From Sedimentisphaerales bacterium (GTDB taxonomy: Bacteria; Planctomycetota; Phycisphaerae; Sedimentisphaerales; SM23-30), in assembly GCA_963663965.2 (NCBI GenBank), contig CAXXFK010000015.1, forward strand, positions 64,001 to 128,000: 64,000 nt of DNA, written 5' to 3'. Shown here piece after piece: positions 49,984 through 61,630 of this stretch. Both the position numbers and the translations under genes were made by a program. Every line of letters begins with the position of its first letter. The first letter of the stretch is position 1. The notes below the pieces were generated by a model. It worked only from the letters and a program-made list of their open reading frames with translations. It was not told the origin of the DNA and ran no database searches.

Positions 49984-50266
49984 TATCTGATTATATACCA
50001 ACCAATATGTGATATACATCACGCAATTAATTTTAATAACTCAAATTAAGGATTAGCAATTACCTGAACTTCCGTACATTAGATGTTGTCTTGCTTATAA
50101 TTCGAAAACAATAATGATGTCATAATTATATTATTAAAAATAAGTTACGAAATAACATACAATCATCACATTAATATTATTCAAATCATTTTGAATAAAA
50201 TTAAACTTTTAATTTGCTTTAACTTTATTTAAGTGTATATTAATAATATGAAAGCGAGTAAATAAC

Positions 50267-50575
50267 ATGAACGCGACAATACCTAAATGGATAACAGAAC
50301 TATCTGAAGAAGACTGGCATTTTATCAAACGCCTGATCCTGGCCTCAGGTTCACTTAAGGATGTTGCCAGAGATTATAACATATCGTACCCCACCGTTAG
50401 AATTCGTCTCAACCGCTTAATCGGAAAAATTCAATTGCTGGATTCGGACAAACCTCGTTCCGAATTTCACCGGAAAATTCAGATTATGGTGGCTGAGGGT
50501 CTTTTGGATTTAGGGTTGGCAAAATCAATTATTAAAGCACATGAAACCGATTTAAACGAAAGGATAGAATCATGA
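50267..50575 (+). CDS. DUF2089-family HTH protein
   Basis: L.EED..FIKR..LASGSLK..A..Y.ISYPTVR.RL. Confidence 0.8.
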   Translation: MNATIPKWITELSEEDWHFIKRLILASGSLKDVARDYNISYPTVRIRLNRLIGKIQLLDSDKPRSEFHRKIQIMVAEGLLDLGLAKSIIKAHETDLNERIES

Positions 50576-50913
50576 CACCCTGGTTTGATGACATGACCAT
50601 GAATAGAATTGGTGGCTTTATTGGGTCCGCAATAGGAATTTTAGGCGGCACTTTAGGAGCGACTGCCATAATTTTTATTCGTAAAGGTTGGCGAAAAATC
50701 TATTTCACATTATACACATCAATAATCCTGGTTGGCCTGAGCCTGGCAATTACAGGTCTGATCGCAATCTTTATGAAACAACCTTTTATCGTATGGTATG
50801 GTTTTTTACTACCGGGCGCTATTACCACAATCCTTCTTTTATCATTGCTACCCGTCATCAATAAACGGTTTACCGACTTTGAAATACTGCAAATGAAATC
50901 GCACGACCTGTGA
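50572..50913 (+). CDS. Small three-TM membrane protein
   Basis: Hydrophobic helices; ATGA overlap with the DUF2089 gene. Confidence 0.65.
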   Translation: MTPWFDDMTMNRIGGFIGSAIGILGGTLGATAIIFIRKGWRKIYFTLYTSIILVGLSLAITGLIAIFMKQPFIVWYGFLLPGAITTILLLSLLPVINKRFTDFEILQMKSHDL

Positions 50914-50918
50914 TCATG

Positions 50919-53900
50919 TTAATCAATTTCATATGCTTGATTCAACGCCAGAAAATACAATATCTGACCTATCACCGGTCGCTTTAAAATCTCCGTCACT
51001 GCCTGGCAATACATCTGCATTTGCAGGCGATATGATTCAGCCCGCTGCGGCAATCTTTCCAGCTCGATCTGATCGGTTTTATAATCCAGAATAATATAAC
51101 CCTCGGGGGTCTCGATCAGGCAGTCTATAATGCCCCGCAATAACACGCCCTGATCACAATCGGTCCCGGGCCAGATCTCCCGCACCGGTAACTGCAATGC
51201 AAATGGCCATTCCCGATACACTTTACCTGGTGCCCGGGTCAACAACCGCCCGGTCCCCCCGGCAAAAAAGTTGACCAGATTGCTGATGTTAACCTGTTCC
51301 GCTTCAGCGATGGTCATCTGCTTGAGTGTTACCAGTCGGGCCACCTGACTGCGTACATCGGCGTCGTCCAACCGGCCGGTCAGTTCAAGACGCTGCAACA
51401 CCAGATGGGTAGCGCTGCCGATCTGAGCTGCGCTCAGTCCCGGCTGCGACTCGGCCATAAAACGGGGTATGATATCAAAGAGTTCCGGTTCCATCGCAGG
51501 GACCTTACCAGTTATACCTACAGGCACAGCATAATCATCCGGATCGGCCGGCAGACGAGAACGCTTGAGTGAGGTAACGCTGGCAGTTGCGACCAGTTGG
51601 GTGAGCGGTTCGCAGGGGTATCGCCAGCTGAGACGCTCGATGATCCGGTCCGCCTGCCCGACCGCTTCCGCGTCACCCGCAGTAAGACAACGCGCGATAT
51701 CCCAGACTGGTTTGAAACGCTGTTTATTCTGACCGGCCCGGTTCATCATGGCGGTCAGATCGCCGACATCATAGCGAAATAACGAGAACCGGGCCGGAGC
51801 CTCCTGATCGGTGATAACTTCACAACCCGGTTCACCGGCAAAAGCCTGCATCGACGGATGGGTCGCCAGCGCGGGCATCAGCCAGTCCAGGGCGCAACGG
51901 GCGCCGTCGAGGATAAAATCCTGCAAGGTCTCGCCCGGCAAATCGCGGCAAAACCGCATAACATCCCGTATCTTATCCAGGGAACCGGTTCCCGTCAGTA
52001 TCAGATGTTCCCGGGCGCGGGTCATGCCGACATACAAGATACGCATTTCTTCAGCCAGTTTCCGGCGGCGTTGCTGATCGGTGATAATCTTATAAGAGAG
52101 CTGTGGCCAGGAATCGCGGCTGACCGGATCGATCAGGCGCATGCCGATCCCGCCCCGGTCGGCACGATCATAAACAAACGACCCCGATCCCCCCTGCAAG
52201 TTGAATTGTTTGCCCAGGTCGGCCAGTATAACCACGGGAAATTCCAATCCTTTGCTCTTATGAATCGTCATAATCCGGACCACATCGTCAGCGTCGGTCA
52301 ATACCGGGGCCGGGCCAAAATCGCCCTCTTCCTGACGAACCTTGTCGATAAAATGCAAAAAACGCGCCAGGCCCTGGCTGGTAAACCGGTCAAACCGGCA
52401 GGCTTGTTCATAGAACGCCAGTAGATTGGAATAACGCTGACGCCCTTCGTGCATACCCGCCATCCAGGCCGGCAGGTTGGTCTCATGATATATTCGCCAG
52501 ACCAGATCGCCCAGATGACCCTGGCGAGCCGCCGTCCGCCAGTCCTCCAGTTGCTCAAAGAACCGGTTCAATTTCTCCACCACCGGATTTTCTTTATCAG
52601 CCCAATGACGGGCCTTCTGACAGGCGTCAAAAAATTCCTCTCCCAGGGCTGCCTGATGGATGGCCGCCAGCTGGGATTCATCCAGCCCCACGATCGGACT
52701 GCGCAGCGCCGCGGCTAACGGAATATCCTGACGCGGATTGTCCAGCAGCTTCATGAGATGGATCATGTCCTGAATCTCAACGGCCGTGAAAAAACCGCTG
52801 CTCAATTCGGCGTGAACCGGTACCCCCATCCGATGAAAAACTTCGCAATACAACTCGGCGCGCATCTTCATCGAACGCATCAGTACGACAATGTCCCGGC
52901 ATCGAACCGGCCGGCTGGCGCCCAGTCTGGCGTCATAAACCTCCATGCCCGGACCGCCTTCCAATCCCAGCAATTCCCGGATCCGTAACGCCGCCAGCGT
53001 CGCCTCGCGCCGGGTACGATCCAACAGATCGATATCGGATTCCGAATCGTCCCCGCCGCCGGATTCGACGCTGTCAGGATCATCACCCTCAGCCGGCGCC
53101 ACGTCTGATCTGGCATCCTTTTCCAACAGATGAACCTCTATGACCCCCGGCGGCTGGCTCGACTCTGTTTCATAATAAGCCGCACCATAAATCAACTGTT
53201 CGCGGCCGCCATAATCGATACCGCAAAACGATTCCGTCATACACCGCGAAAAGATCGTGTTAATGCCCTCGATAATATGTCGGCGCGACCGGAAGTTTTC
53301 GTTCAATCGAAGATTCACTGCTCCTTGGGCCAATTGGTCCGGCTCCAGCGTTGAAAACCGCCGTGCTTTATCCTGAATGATCTCCGGATCGGCCTGCCGA
53401 AAGCTGTAGATACTCTGTTTCACATCCCCCACCATAAACACATTCCCACCACGACCCGAATGAGTCGTTCGGCAAATAGCCCGGATAATCGCTTCCTGGA
53501 CCGGGGAAATATCCTGATATTCATCCACCAGAATATGGCGATACCGGTGACGCAACTGTTCCGCCGCTTCGGAAGGTTGCCCGGTATCATCCAGTAATAG
53601 CGCCAGGATTTTATGCTCCAGATCGGAAAAATCCAGTGCGTTGCGAGTCTGTTTCAAGGCTTCATAGCGTTGCCGGTACCGATCCTGCAACTCAAGAAAT
53701 ACCTCAAGACAATCAGCGCCCGCCACCTGCTGACGCAGGATAGTCTGGCGGCTCAGGGCATAATGCTCGGCTATCTGCTGATACTGTTTTTTCACGGCAT
53801 CGATCTGCTTGAACACAAATTCGCTCCCCGGAGTTTTATCCTTGATACCGGGTTTGCGTGGAAATGCAAAGAGATGAATCCTGTCGATCGTCGTTTCAAT

Positions 53901-54731
53901 CAGGCCTTGATCCAATGCCCACGCCATACCCATTAACTCCGGCAGAATTTCATGAGTCAGGTAGGATTCATATTTGTCCAAACCCGCCTGTTCCCGGCAG
54001 TATTGGATCAGTGATTGCAAACGCTGAATCACCTGCCCCAACCGGTCATTCAGCATCCATCCTTGCAACGCAATCAATCTTAACTGATCAACCTGGCCTG
54101 CTTTGGCATAATTTAATTCATCCTGGCAGGCCAGACGCCAGCCCTGCGGATCAACCAGCGTTTGCATAAATCGATCCAGGTCCAGGATCATATCGACTAC
54201 GATACGATCCGATTGCACCCCATAGGTTCGGATAAAACGGGCAAATTTCCTGGAAAATGTTTGCGTTGGATCGGATTCATAAACCTCATAAGCATCCTCC
54301 AGCACCTCTTCAGCCGTTTGCAGGCGAATCAATTCGGCATCGTATTCGTCCAGAACTTCATAATCCGGATCGATGCCGGCCAGATAAAAATACTCGCGTA
54401 AAATGCTGCTGCAAAACGAATGAATCGTCGAGATCGTTGCCTTATCCAGTAAAACCAGCTGACGGCGAATCCGGTCGTCACGATACTGAGCAACCCTTTC
54501 CATTAAAACCCGGGCTATTCGTGTCCGCATCTCAGCAGCCGCATCTTCAGCAAACGTCATCACCAGCAATTCATCGATATCACAGGGTTGCAGCGCTTCC
54601 GTCAGCAGATAGACGCAGCGTTGAGACAGGACGGCTGTCTTGCCCGAGCCGGCCGAAGCGGTCAGCAACAGATCGTCACCCAGGGTGTGGATCGCCAGTT
54701 TCTGATGCGCAGTCCAATTGGGATTAGCCAC
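50919..54731 (-). CDS. addA: AddA helicase-nuclease subunit
   Basis: ASAGSGKT, DEYQD, VGDVKQSIY.FR.A, TIHKSKGLEF, YV.MTRA, G.ID...DYK nuclease; GTG start after GGAGG. Confidence 0.93.
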   Translation of the reverse strand: MANPNWTAHQKLAIHTLGDDLLLTASAGSGKTAVLSQRCVYLLTEALQPCDIDELLVMTFAEDAAAEMRTRIARVLMERVAQYRDDRIRRQLVLLDKATISTIHSFCSSILREYFYLAGIDPDYEVLDEYDAELIRLQTAEEVLEDAYEVYESDPTQTFSRKFARFIRTYGVQSDRIVVDMILDLDRFMQTLVDPQGWRLACQDELNYAKAGQVDQLRLIALQGWMLNDRLGQVIQRLQSLIQYCREQAGLDKYESYLTHEILPELMGMAWALDQGLIETTIDRIHLFAFPRKPGIKDKTPGSEFVFKQIDAVKKQYQQIAEHYALSRQTILRQQVAGADCLEVFLELQDRYRQRYEALKQTRNALDFSDLEHKILALLLDDTGQPSEAAEQLRHRYRHILVDEYQDISPVQEAIIRAICRTTHSGRGGNVFMVGDVKQSIYSFRQADPEIIQDKARRFSTLEPDQLAQGAVNLRLNENFRSRRHIIEGINTIFSRCMTESFCGIDYGGREQLIYGAAYYETESSQPPGVIEVHLLEKDARSDVAPAEGDDPDSVESGGGDDSESDIDLLDRTRREATLAALRIRELLGLEGGPGMEVYDARLGASRPVRCRDIVVLMRSMKMRAELYCEVFHRMGVPVHAELSSGFFTAVEIQDMIHLMKLLDNPRQDIPLAAALRSPIVGLDESQLAAIHQAALGEEFFDACQKARHWADKENPVVEKLNRFFEQLEDWRTAARQGHLGDLVWRIYHETNLPAWMAGMHEGRQRYSNLLAFYEQACRFDRFTSQGLARFLHFIDKVRQEEGDFGPAPVLTDADDVVRIMTIHKSKGLEFPVVILADLGKQFNLQGGSGSFVYDRADRGGIGMRLIDPVSRDSWPQLSYKIITDQQRRRKLAEEMRILYVGMTRAREHLILTGTGSLDKIRDVMRFCRDLPGETLQDFILDGARCALDWLMPALATHPSMQAFAGEPGCEVITDQEAPARFSLFRYDVGDLTAMMNRAGQNKQRFKPVWDIARCLTAGDAEAVGQADRIIERLSWRYPCEPLTQLVATASVTSLKRSRLPADPDDYAVPVGITGKVPAMEPELFDIIPRFMAESQPGLSAAQIGSATHLVLQRLELTGRLDDADVRSQVARLVTLKQMTIAEAEQVNISNLVNFFAGGTGRLLTRAPGKVYREWPFALQLPVREIWPGTDCDQGVLLRGIIDCLIETPEGYIILDYKTDQIELERLPQRAESYRLQMQMYCQAVTEILKRPVIGQILYFLALNQAYEID

Positions 54732-57700
54732 CGAACACCTCCTCATGCCCCATGCGTTCAAGCAGTGTTTCCCGGTCGACTGTCGGCAAATGGCGGTAAG
54801 TATCAATCGCCGGATCGAATCGACACACCCCGCGATAATGGCACCAGGTACAGGGTGTATGCTGTTCACGATAGCGGTACGGTTTTATCTCGATATTGCC
54901 ATCGGCAATCCCCTGACCCAATTTCTCCAGCATTTGCCGGCAATATCCGACCATGGCGGCTAAGTGGTCTTCAGAAACCACACTCGTCGTTTTCCCGGGA
55001 GTACCATCTTTCTTAATGTAAAAGTCGTAATAAAATGAAGCCCCGCTGCTCAAGGTGTCCAATACGGATACATAACTGCTGTTAATAATGCCTTTGGCTT
55101 TATGACGGGCCGGAGTCGGAGTCCCGGCCGCATCTAACACCTCATCCGGCGGCGAACTGTTATGTGATTTCCCTTTGCGATTGATAGGCATGTACAAGGC
55201 CCCTGCCGGCCGGCAGGCTCTCTTTAGTCCCGGTATACCCGATTGCAGTAATACCAGCAGATAGGTCATCAATTGGATTTCTAGACCATAATAAAAACGG
55301 GCTATGTCCCAATCGGATCGGGAGGATTTAAAATCGTAAACTACAAATGCCGGCGGTAGCCCTTCCGGTTGATAGCTGTCAACCCGGTCAATCAATCCAC
55401 TTAACCTTAGTTCAATTTGATCGTTTAATGACAGGCTTAACGGCGGCAATACACCCTGTTCGCCAAAATAAAGCTCGGCATAACATTGTTCAAAACGCCC
55501 CGCCCGGGCCATTTCCGCCAGCGATCCACATAGTCGCGTAATCTGCGTGACCGCCATGTCGAATAAAAACCGGTTCCGGGCCGATTGGGTTAACAATCCC
55601 GCCAGTTGGGGATCGTCCTGTTTTAATTGACTGGCTACCCGGGCGATTAATGCTGGAAATTCGTCCGGATTGTAATCTTTCCAATTGCTGTCCTGACGCT
55701 TCAGGGCATGATAGGTTTCCTCCAATATCGCATGATACAAACGCCCCAGATCGATCGGTTTTAATGTTAATAATTCACGTTCTTTCAACCCCAGGTTGTA
55801 ATGGCAATAATACTGAAATGGACATGCGGCAAAACTCTCCAATTGAGTGACGCTCATTGTGGTTCGGTCCGAACGAACCAGGGCGGCAATCTCAGCATCA
55901 AGAACGGCCTGGTTCTGCCAGGTGACTCCTGCCAGACTGGATGTCAATATCGGCGCCAGCGACTTGGACACCTTCGACTGTCGATAAAGTTCAGACCAGA
56001 TCGGTGAAATGGTCTGATTCCCGCCGCCATGGCATTCTGCCAGGGCGCCGGCCAGTTGAACTGTTAGATGACCTTTAATGGCAATCCGGTCGGGATCGGC
56101 CTGGCTGCGGCTGTCCGGCAAACTGACAATTCGCCCCCCATCGACACATTGGCAGAGTTCGCCAATAAATGGGGAAGGTGTGAGTAACTGACCACCCCGG
56201 TCTGCCAGTGGGTAACTCACCCATAAATATTCCGAAGGCCGGGTAAAGGCGATATACCCCAGATACCGTTCCCGTATCAATCGTTCGGCATCCGGCGCCG
56301 CCATCTCAAAATGATCCAGCACAAATCGGTTTCGCTGCTGGTCGGTAAACAAACCTGTCGGTTTGATCCGCAATGGGAAATGACCCTCATTGACTCCCAG
56401 AACAAATGCTGCCCGGATAAAGGGCTGGCGGGATCGCTCAATGGCGCCAACCAATACCTGGTCGATGGCCGGGGGTATCAACGGCAATGTCATCTGACTC
56501 AATGCCGAACCAAGTATATCGGCATATTCTGTCACATCCATGGGCTGTTCCCCCAGGGCCTCAACCAGCTCATCAAAAACATCCATCAATTGCCGGTATA
56601 TCTGACGGTGAATCTGAGCCCGGTCCAGAATCCCCTGTTTTTCATCCTCCTGACACCACTGACTCAGCCGATTCGGAATGTCAAGATCGAAGAAAAAATG
56701 TACCAGTCCGGTGCTGATCGCGCAGGCAGTCAACCCGCTTTCGTGGCGCAACCGGGCAAACTCGCGGCTTAAACGCAGCAACGGGCCTAGAGCTTGCCGA
56801 CGAATCGCGTCAATTGAAGCCTCTTGGGACCACACCTCATCCCGCATCCACAACCCACCCCGAATATCGTGTGCCAGACAATAATTTTCCAACCGGTCGG
56901 CTTCTTCTCTCGATACCGGCGCCAGATCGCTCTTGAGATAGTCCATCATATGTTCAAGCCGGAAATCATCCCCAAGAATGGCCGGCGCTGCGCGGACCAG
57001 CTTGATCATGGGATGATGACCCACTCCCCGGCGCACATCGCAGAAAAATGGAATGCCATGCTCCTTGAATACCGTTTCAATTAATTCCTGATAACCTTCC
57101 AGCGATCGTAAGATCACTGCGATTTCTCCATAACGATAACCTTTCTCGCGACATAACGCCAGAATTTGATACGCAACGGCATTTACCTCATCACGTTGAC
57201 TGGCTGTCGCGATCAGATGGACATCATCCGGGCAATTGCCCTCTGGATTCCCGGCCTGCCCGGTCAGAAAACGTTTTTCGATCTGGAGGATTCCTGGTGC
57301 CTCTTTGAATCGGGGCATCACCTTTCCCATCGGCAAACAGTATGGGGCGCCAACCGGACAGGCGCACTCCTCAGCCAGATTCATCAGGCGTTGACAGGTA
57401 TCCAGTACCGGATAAAAAACATCCAGTTCATTCAAACGCCCATCGGGAGTCTGGGCCAGGGCAAACTGCCTGCTGGCGGGATCCAGGCACAAACTGATGG
57501 TCACCTGATCGCTGTGAATCACCAGTGAACGAATCACTTCATACTGCTGGGGGGTAAACCCGGCAAATCCATCAATCCAGACTTGAGCGCCGGTCAGATA
57601 GTCCCCTAAATCGCAACGACTACATAACCAATCCAGATAGTCATCCGGATCGATATAACGACCATCAATGTAATTTTGATAGGCTTCCAGCAAAATTGCC

Positions 57701-58195
57701 AGGTCATCCAGCTTATTCGCCAGGCCGTCACCAGACGTTTTTACCGGCTCGAATTCCATCCGCGTAATCCCGCAACATGGCCGGCGTTTTTCGATACTGG
57801 CGGAGTTCGCGGATCGTACGGCTCAATTCGACAATGAAACCGTTCCGCCGGACCGTGCGGCCGAATAACGTCATCTGATCACCCGCCTGCCAGATAATTC
57901 GCCGCAGGATCAATTGACGTCCCAGTTCACTCAAGGGCCTGAACCCGCCGGCCAAAGTGTCATCGATCATCCGCCGGGCCAGCCTCTGAAAACTGCATAT
58001 CTCTACCCGATGATAACCCATCAAACCGCTCTGCGGATCGGGCAGGGCTTGCTCCATTTGAAAGGTCGCCTGCTCCGGTACCAGCAAAATCAGCGGCGGC
58101 CCCAATGGGGCACGCTGCAATTCTGATCGAATCTGCTCCAGGCAGACATGCGTTTTACCGCTGCCGCTACGTCCGGCTACCAGTTGCACTGTCAT
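54724..58195 (-). pseudogene. addB: AddB subunit split by a +1 frameshift at the A5 run 57738-57742
   Basis: N part: GRSGSGKT, LVPEQATF..E. C part: IDGF..FT, CPFQY, G.IDRVD, DFK, QL..Y, CTWC...C Fe-S staple. Deleting one A joins the frames (IRAGK-TSGDGL). May be a sequencing error. Confidence 0.85.
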
Positions 58196-58250
58196 GCCAT
58201 GACTTCCTTATATTGGACGCCTGATTCCGATGATTCTCCCCGCTAAAGCC

Positions 58251-59003
58251 TCAACGACTCTGATTATTCCACTGACGGACCAGATCGGGCAATTCCGCAA
58301 TGCGATCGATAACAGGGATATTTCCCGGAACTTTCTTTTCTCGATTCACTTCTCCCCGTTTAAATACGCCGCGAATGCCCAACTGCTCCGGGCCGCGCAC
58401 ATCTTCCTTAAGACGATCTCCTACCATAACAGCTTGTCCCGGTTCCACACCCAGATGTTCCAACGCCATTTGATAGATCCGGTTGTGGGGTTTTCGCCAC
58501 AGGGTCTCGGAAGAGTATAAACGCAGACAAAAATGATCTATTAAGCCAAATTCTTCCAATTGCCGCTCATGAATAAAAGCGGGTAAAAAGGTATTGGAAA
58601 TAATAGCCAGTTGGATAGCCATGGCCTTAAGTTCCTCCAGCGTTTCCAGGAGATTATCTTCTATCTGGGCAAATTGTTCGGCGTTCTGAAACCACAGGCG
58701 GGTGAGTTCCGCCTTTTGTTGATCATTCAAATCAATCCCCATCGTTTTGACTCGACCTGCCATCAAGTCCATGAAGCTGAATTCCTTCAAGGTGATGATG
58801 GACATTAAATACTGGAACCGGACGGAAAGCCAGTTGCCCCAGTGATAGCGCCAGAAAGGGGGCAAACATACCCTGTTCCCGGAAATATCGCGAAGAAATT
58901 GATAGGTGGCTTCAGCGCCTTCTTTAAACGCCTGATTGACGTTGACCCGGCCAAAATTCAGCAGGGTTTCTCCCATATCGAAAATTATTAATTTTATATC
59001 CAT
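58251..59003 (-). CDS. HAD-superfamily hydrolase
   Basis: FDMGETL, ISNT, KP...IY, VGDRL.ED. Confidence 0.88.
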   Translation of the reverse strand: MDIKLIIFDMGETLLNFGRVNVNQAFKEGAEATYQFLRDISGNRVCLPPFWRYHWGNWLSVRFQYLMSIITLKEFSFMDLMAGRVKTMGIDLNDQQKAELTRLWFQNAEQFAQIEDNLLETLEELKAMAIQLAIISNTFLPAFIHERQLEEFGLIDHFCLRLYSSETLWRKPHNRIYQMALEHLGVEPGQAVMVGDRLKEDVRGPEQLGIRGVFKRGEVNREKKVPGNIPVIDRIAELPDLVRQWNNQSR

Positions 59004-59234
59004 GTTGACGCATAACTTAGCAAAAAGACATCATTTATGCAACCCATACTATGACATTCCTGTCCTTTTTTGGAAATATCTGCCTGTCGTGACAGCCGGC
59101 TTTGCGGCACAGACCTTCACTTTGTTGCCATTTTTTAGCATACTATTCGCCATATGAAACCTAACTCATTATTATACAAATTCTTACAACCTTACCCCTC
59201 ATCTGCCCCCTGTCGGTTTACCCAGACTATTCCA

Positions 59235-59262
59235 TTGACATGACAGCTTTTCATATTATAAT
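59235..59262 (+). promoter_or_regulatory. Sigma70 promoter of pdaD-speB
   Basis: TTGACA-16-TATAAT. Confidence 0.65.
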
Positions 59263-59365
59263 TTTGCATTTGGCTTTGTCCTTTTGCATTACGTTATCAG
59301 GGGCGTTCATCCCAAAAAGTCCCGGATTACGTTTCGTTCCATAATACCTCGTTCAAGGAGACTCG

Positions 59366-59923
59366 ATGGAAAGCCCAAATTTAGTTCCAAAATATATGTT
59401 TCTCACCAAAGGTGTTGGCAAACACAAAACCAAACTTCAAAGTTTCGAATTGGCATTGCGTCATGCCGGTATCGAAAAATGCAATCTGGTTTCTGTTTCC
59501 AGCATTATGCCTCCCCGTTGCACAATGATTACTCGGTCACAAGGCCTGGATCGCCTTCATGCCGGCGAGATTACCTTTGTCGTTCTGGCGCGTGAATCCA
59601 CTAATGAGCCCTCCCGCCTGGTTGGAGCAGGGGTTGGCCTGGCACGCCCGGCTGATGGTGATCAATACGGCTATATCAGTGAACATCATGGCTTTGGTGA
59701 AAAAAAATCACAAATTGCCGATTTAGTTGAAGATATGGCGGCAACCATGCTGGCGACGACTTTGGGTATCGAGTTTGATCCCGAAACCGCTTATGATGAA
59801 CGTAAGGAAATCTACCGTATGTCAGGTAAAATTGTAAATACCCAATCATGCGTTCAAACCGCCGAAGGTGACAAAAATGGACTATGGACTACGGTTATTT
59901 CCGCTGCTGTTTTTATTATGTAA
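59366..59923 (+). CDS. pdaD: Pyruvoyl-dependent arginine decarboxylase
   Basis: SFELALR.AGI...NLV.VSSI.PP self-cleavage region; GYISEH; AAGGAG RBS. Confidence 0.9.
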   Translation: MESPNLVPKYMFLTKGVGKHKTKLQSFELALRHAGIEKCNLVSVSSIMPPRCTMITRSQGLDRLHAGEITFVVLARESTNEPSRLVGAGVGLARPADGDQYGYISEHHGFGEKKSQIADLVEDMAATMLATTLGIEFDPETAYDERKEIYRMSGKIVNTQSCVQTAEGDKNGLWTTVISAAVFIM

Positions 59924-59950
59924 TTGACGTCCAAACTTCCAATAACACTT

Positions 59951-59985
59951 AAGGATCGGCATCCCTGGGATTGCCGGTCTTTTTT
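59951..59985 (+). terminator. Terminator-like hairpin between pdaD and speB
   Basis: GATCGGCA...TGCCGGTC stem followed by T6. Confidence 0.55.
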
Positions 59986-59998
59986 ATTGAGGTGTATT

Positions 59999-60853
59999 AT
60001 GACCAGACATTTTGGTGACTTCGATCCGCAATTCCTTGATCCGGCCACCGCGGCTATCCATATCTTGCCGGTTCCCTATGATGGCACCAGTACCTGGATC
60101 AAAGGCGCTGACCGGGGACCGGATGCCCTGCTGGATGCTTCCTATAATCTGGAATTCTACGACCTCGAATACGAATCAGAAGTCTTCCAACGCGGCATTT
60201 ATACCTCCCCGGCTCTGGACTGCCCTCCTGACCCGGAAACGCTATCCCGTCAAGTTCGCCAACAATCCGAAGCCCTCTTGAGTGCGGGTCGGTTCCCGGT
60301 GATTATTGGCGGAGAACATTCCGTTAGTATCGGCGCCATTCAAGCCCATGCCCACCATTATTCTGATCTGACCGTTTTACAATTCGATGCCCATTCCGAT
60401 CTGCGTGATTCATATCACGATTCCAGATATAACCACGCCTGTGTCATGGCCCGCGCCCGGGAATGTGCCCGGATCGTGCAAGTAGGCATTCGCAGTACTG
60501 ACACCTGTGAACTGCGGAATATGGACAAAAACCGTGTCTTTTTTGCCCACGATATCTGTGCCGGCCAGAATCCTCAATGGATGGAGCAGGCCTTGGAATT
60601 GTTAACCCGACATGTGTACATTACCATTGATCTGGATGTATTTGATCCGGCTTATGTCCCCGGCACGGGCACACCTGAACCGGGTGGTATGAACTGGTAT
60701 CAGATCATTAACTTCCTGAAACTTGTTTTTGCCCATCGTCAGGTAACCGGTTTTGATATCGTTGAACTTTGTCCGCTGCCCGACAATAAAGTTTCCGATT
60801 TTCTGGCCGCCAAACTGCTGTATAAAATGCTGACCTGCAAATTCAATGACTAA
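59999..60853 (+). CDS. speB: Agmatinase
   Basis: GGEHS, DAHSD, DLDVFDP, GTGTPEPGG, D.VE. Confidence 0.92.
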   Translation: MTRHFGDFDPQFLDPATAAIHILPVPYDGTSTWIKGADRGPDALLDASYNLEFYDLEYESEVFQRGIYTSPALDCPPDPETLSRQVRQQSEALLSAGRFPVIIGGEHSVSIGAIQAHAHHYSDLTVLQFDAHSDLRDSYHDSRYNHACVMARARECARIVQVGIRSTDTCELRNMDKNRVFFAHDICAGQNPQWMEQALELLTRHVYITIDLDVFDPAYVPGTGTPEPGGMNWYQIINFLKLVFAHRQVTGFDIVELCPLPDNKVSDFLAAKLLYKMLTCKFND

Positions 60854-60859
60854 TTGTCG

Positions 60860-61630
60860 TTATTGGATCACAAACATCCGGCTTCCACCGTCTCGGCGTG
60901 CCAGATGGATGGGGATATCGGTCCCCAGGATGGTCTCTGCGATCTGACGCGCCAGCGCCGGCCGGTTGTTATGTTCGCTCAGATGCGACAGGATCAATAC
61001 CTGCAAGTTATCACAACTGTCACGCACGGTTTCCATGGCTTCCTGATTGGATAAATGCCCGCCTGCTCCGGTAATTCGCCGCTGCAGCCAGTATGGGTAA
61101 GGACCATTAGCCAGCATATCCGGATCGTAATTACTTTCAATATACAAACCATCCAGATCGCTTAACCATTGATCCAGACCATCAAATCGATGCCCAAGAT
61201 CAGTAAACACGCCCAGTTTTTTATTGCAATAACACACCACAAATGCCACACCGGCTATGCCGTCATGCGGCGTTGGAATGGTATAGACCTGAGTTTCATT
61301 GAATCGAAGAACCTGCCCCGGTTCAAAACAGTTCAATCCGTTGTTTCGTAACTGTCCCAAACGTCCACGTGCCGCCTGCCAGGTGCCATGCGTCATATAG
61401 AGGGGCACCGACAACTTGCGTTGCAACACCCCGGCATGACTGACATGATCCGCATGATTATGGCTGATCAAAACCGCGTCGACATCCCATATTTGACGAT
61501 CGTTCTCTGACAACCGGGTTTGCGCCTGACGGCCGCTGATTCCGGCATCGATAATCAAACGGGTATCGCCGGTTTCAACATAGAAACAATTGCCATTCGA
61601 TCCGCTTTGTAATGCACAGGTGTGTATCAT
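60860..61630 (-). CDS. MBL-fold metallo-hydrolase (YycJ-like)
   Basis: SGSNGN, HNHADH, PHD, TDLG, ESNYD, GHLSN, HLS..NN. Confidence 0.88.
   Translation of the reverse strand: MIHTCALQSGSNGNCFYVETGDTRLIIDAGISGRQAQTRLSENDRQIWDVDAVLISHNHADHVSHAGVLQRKLSVPLYMTHGTWQAARGRLGQLRNNGLNCFEPGQVLRFNETQVYTIPTPHDGIAGVAFVVCYCNKKLGVFTDLGHRFDGLDQWLSDLDGLYIESNYDPDMLANGPYPYWLQRRITGAGGHLSNQEAMETVRDSCDNLQVLILSHLSEHNNRPALARQIAETILGTDIPIHLARRDGGSRMFVIQ

Noticed and set aside
50919..58195. Anti-phage helicase-nuclease or Cas4-like system
   Set aside because: Motif set and gene order fit ordinary AddAB
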